DNA of 64,000 bases, from assembly GCA_035084275.1 (NCBI GenBank), contig CM068757.1, forward strand, positions 7,254,001 through 7,318,000. Direction: 5' to 3'. Source of the stretch: Hydrolagus colliei. Lineage: Eukaryota. Positions 61,631-64,000 of this stretch are shown here, piece after piece. The position numbers were made by a program, and so were the translations under genes. How positions within the stretch are numbered: position 1 is the first letter of the stretch; each line of letters opens with the position of its first letter. The notes beneath the pieces are model-generated. The model worked only from the letters and a program-made list of their open reading frames with translations. It did no database searches and had not been told where the DNA came from.

Positions 61631-62728
61631 GATCAGTTTGGGGATTGTTCTCGCGATAGTTATTTCACTCGGTGACATATTGGGCACTTTAATTACGAAT
61701 CAGTGCCATAACAGAGACTATGGTATATGTGCTGTACTGCTGGGAGTTGGGCTTAGGGAATGAGTTTGTGAAGGAAGTCAGGGTTGGATGAATCTAATTT
61801 GTTTTTGTTGGGAGGAAACAGGGGGAATTTGATGACTCGCAGCAACAAAGTCCACAATAGGATCGGTCGAGTACATAGGCAAGTTCGCTCGTTGCCGTTT
61901 GCTTGTTTCATGATTTCTTATATTCCTAATTCTGTGGCTGATAACTGTTTTTTAACAGCAATGGCTCTGTTGATAAAACTTCCCAATGCACACATTCTTT
62001 TGCAAGGTTAATCTCACTTCCTGATATGACTGAAGTAACAGCATGAGGAACACAAGACCACAATCTATGCTCGCAGCAAATTTTAGGCAATGTTTGCTAT
62101 TTCCCTCCCATGACTCACTACAGTGATTACATATTTGCATATTTAAAGAGAGCAAAATAAAACAAATTGGAAGACTAAAGTCTGTAATCAGAGATATGCT
62201 CAAATGGTTCGGGCATGTTTCAAAGCAAATCAGATTTTTTTTAACATTCCTTCAAGTACACAAAGTGCTTAAGTGCTTAAAGTGGCTTTGAAAAGAATGA
62301 AGGATAAACCACTTGATTTAAAACACACCCTGTAGTAATAATAATGTGATTCATTACCCATTACCTAGTTACGGTATCAAATTCCAGGAGTTCGTCAGCA
62401 ACAACCTCAAGAACAAATATTTTTCAATAGTTCGCAACCCAATGAGATTAAAATTCCTTATAAGCAAATTTACCAACAAGATGCAAACGTGGTTGCTTTT
62501 GCTAATTTCCATTGAATATGCTTACTGCCAGATTCCTTAACTTCTTCCACTTCATAGCTGAGCAGTTCTACCCTCACCCAATGGCTACACAATCATTAAC
62601 CAGACAAAGACCGTAGATTGTATTTTGATCTGTGTCTACAGGTCCGTTCACACTAGGACTGTGGCTTTGTCATCTGACAATATTTGTTTACTTTGAGAAC
62701 GAGCACGTGAAACAAGAGCTTTTCTCAC

Positions 62729-62956
62729 CTGCTTCATGACATCCAAGATAAGCTCATGGTAAACTTCATCAATTGCCATGGACAGGGTCTGTCCGTTCAT
62801 GCCTTTAGAGAAAAGCCCAGAGCCAACTAGCTCGATGAACCGCCACACCGAAAGACCATATTGCTTCGGGCCAAGCTTCTCCTTGTAGTCCTCAAATTGT
62901 TCTTGTTGCCAGTTAACTCCCATGGCTTCAGTCAGCTTTTGAAGGAAGTATTCGAT
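62729..62956 (-). CDS. SWAP70: SWAP70 exon (exon 4 by analogy), region before PH domain
   Basis: Acceptor ttctccag|atc; [24 protein letters not shown]...[19 protein letters not shown]; donor cag|gtgaga; 228 nt. Upstream exons lie beyond the window. Confidence 0.96.
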
Positions 62957-63046
62957 CTGGAGAATGACATCAAGAATGAACACAAGATTAGCACTGTAGA
63001 GAGAAAAGGAGAAACTCCCCAGAACTGATTTCTTAAGTCAGCAATA

Positions 63047-63230
63047 TAATAATAATAATCCTTGCATTCAATATAGCGCTTTTCAAGTCTTCTAGATGTC
63101 TCAACGCGCTTCACAGAATATACTGTAAAGTGAATTGACTGTATTTGTGGGTGAAACACGGCAGCCAATTGCGCACAGCAGTGTCCCCCAAACAGTCGTG
63201 GATTGAAATGACCAATTTTATTATTGTGTT
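63047..63230 (-). mobile_element. SINE 3' half
   Basis: (aat)n ccttgcattcaatatagcgc...gcagccaattgcgcacagcagtgtcc...ggattgaaatgaccaa. Confidence 0.88.
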
Positions 63231-64000
63231 TTTCTTTAAACGGATTATTATGAACACACACAATGTGCGATACTTTTTTTTAATAAGAGTAACATTTTCA
63301 TTGTCTCCATTAAAAGCATTTTACAATTGTAATTTCATAGATGGATAATTGATTCCATATTTATGCCTTCAACTCCAGAAACTCTACATTAAGATATGAG
63401 TTAGGCCGACAGTCACTAAACCTGACAGGAGCTATTTATGAAATGCTCATCAACATTGGGACATGATGGGTTCTATCAATATGCAAACCCATAAACTGCA
63501 CTACTTCCCAATAACTTTGCAGACAGAATCTTCATCATCACTGCACTAACTTTGCCATTTAAAATACAAACTGAGCTATACTATTTGAGAAAAAATATAA
63601 AGGGACGAGAGGTTAATTCAAAGATATTCGAAGGTTCTGATATTCCAAGTCCTGCCGACAAGCCAGGCTGGCTGCTGTGTCATCGGCAGTGTCCTGCGTA
63701 CCAGTTCACATCCTTGGAGATGCCTCTTAGTTCCCCACTCAAGGAAGATAATCACGAGTCATTTGACATCAATTATAAGTTTGAACTCTCACAAGGTGGA
63801 AATAAATCTTGATATCTTCTCTGTAAATAGTGCAGCTCAGCATGTGAGAGCATTGCCTCCATGCTTCTGCTCAGATACACATCCCCATTTTTTTTATATT
63901 AAAAGAAAAATTAGGACTGCCTTCAAGAGCAAACACAAGCATCAGTAGAAAGCAATTGGATAAAATATTTGGCCAAAAGCTTAGTTGATGTAAAGCTTGG

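Noticed and set aside
61223-61687. 154-aa ORF and similar recurring peptides (e.g. YSVKRFETSRR)
   Set aside because: Translations of SINE copies; the recurrence reflects the repeat, not a gene family.
46675-62956. DEF6 instead of SWAP70
   Set aside because: The motifs [27 protein letters not shown] and [10 protein letters not shown], plus linkage to SBF2, indicate SWAP70.

Overview
Vertebrate genomic DNA, AT-rich and rich in introns and repeats. The repeat complement (Deu-domain SINEs, an abundant tRNA-head SINE with an L2-type tail, L2 and CR1 LINE ends) points to a cartilaginous fish, most likely a chimaera/elephant-shark-like genome; this is inference. Two protein-coding genes converge tail-to-tail. 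The last six coding exons of SBF2/MTMR13 lie on + (1-4683; coiled coil, PH domain, C-terminal ISDA). The last nine coding exons of SWAP70 lie on - (62956 to 46675; PH domain and coiled coil; exon numbers 4-12 by analogy with the human gene). All of these introns are GT-AG and phase-consistent. The ~37 kb between the two 3' UTRs has no recognisable protein-coding gene, and nearly all long ORFs in the supplied track are spurious or transposon-derived. Points worth a second look: a diverged duplicated exon-like unit with a codon-like substitution pattern (29.0 and 31.1 kb), minus-strand exon-like segments antisense to SBF2, divergent CTCF-like motifs, a palindromic 35-bp tandem repeat, a triple inverted repeat near a SWAP70 acceptor, a hAT MITE with TSD, and a chimeric SINE family with two subfamilies. 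I found no CRISPR array, tRNA or rRNA gene. Protein and repeat-family identities come from my own recognition, not database searches, and repeat boundaries are approximate.
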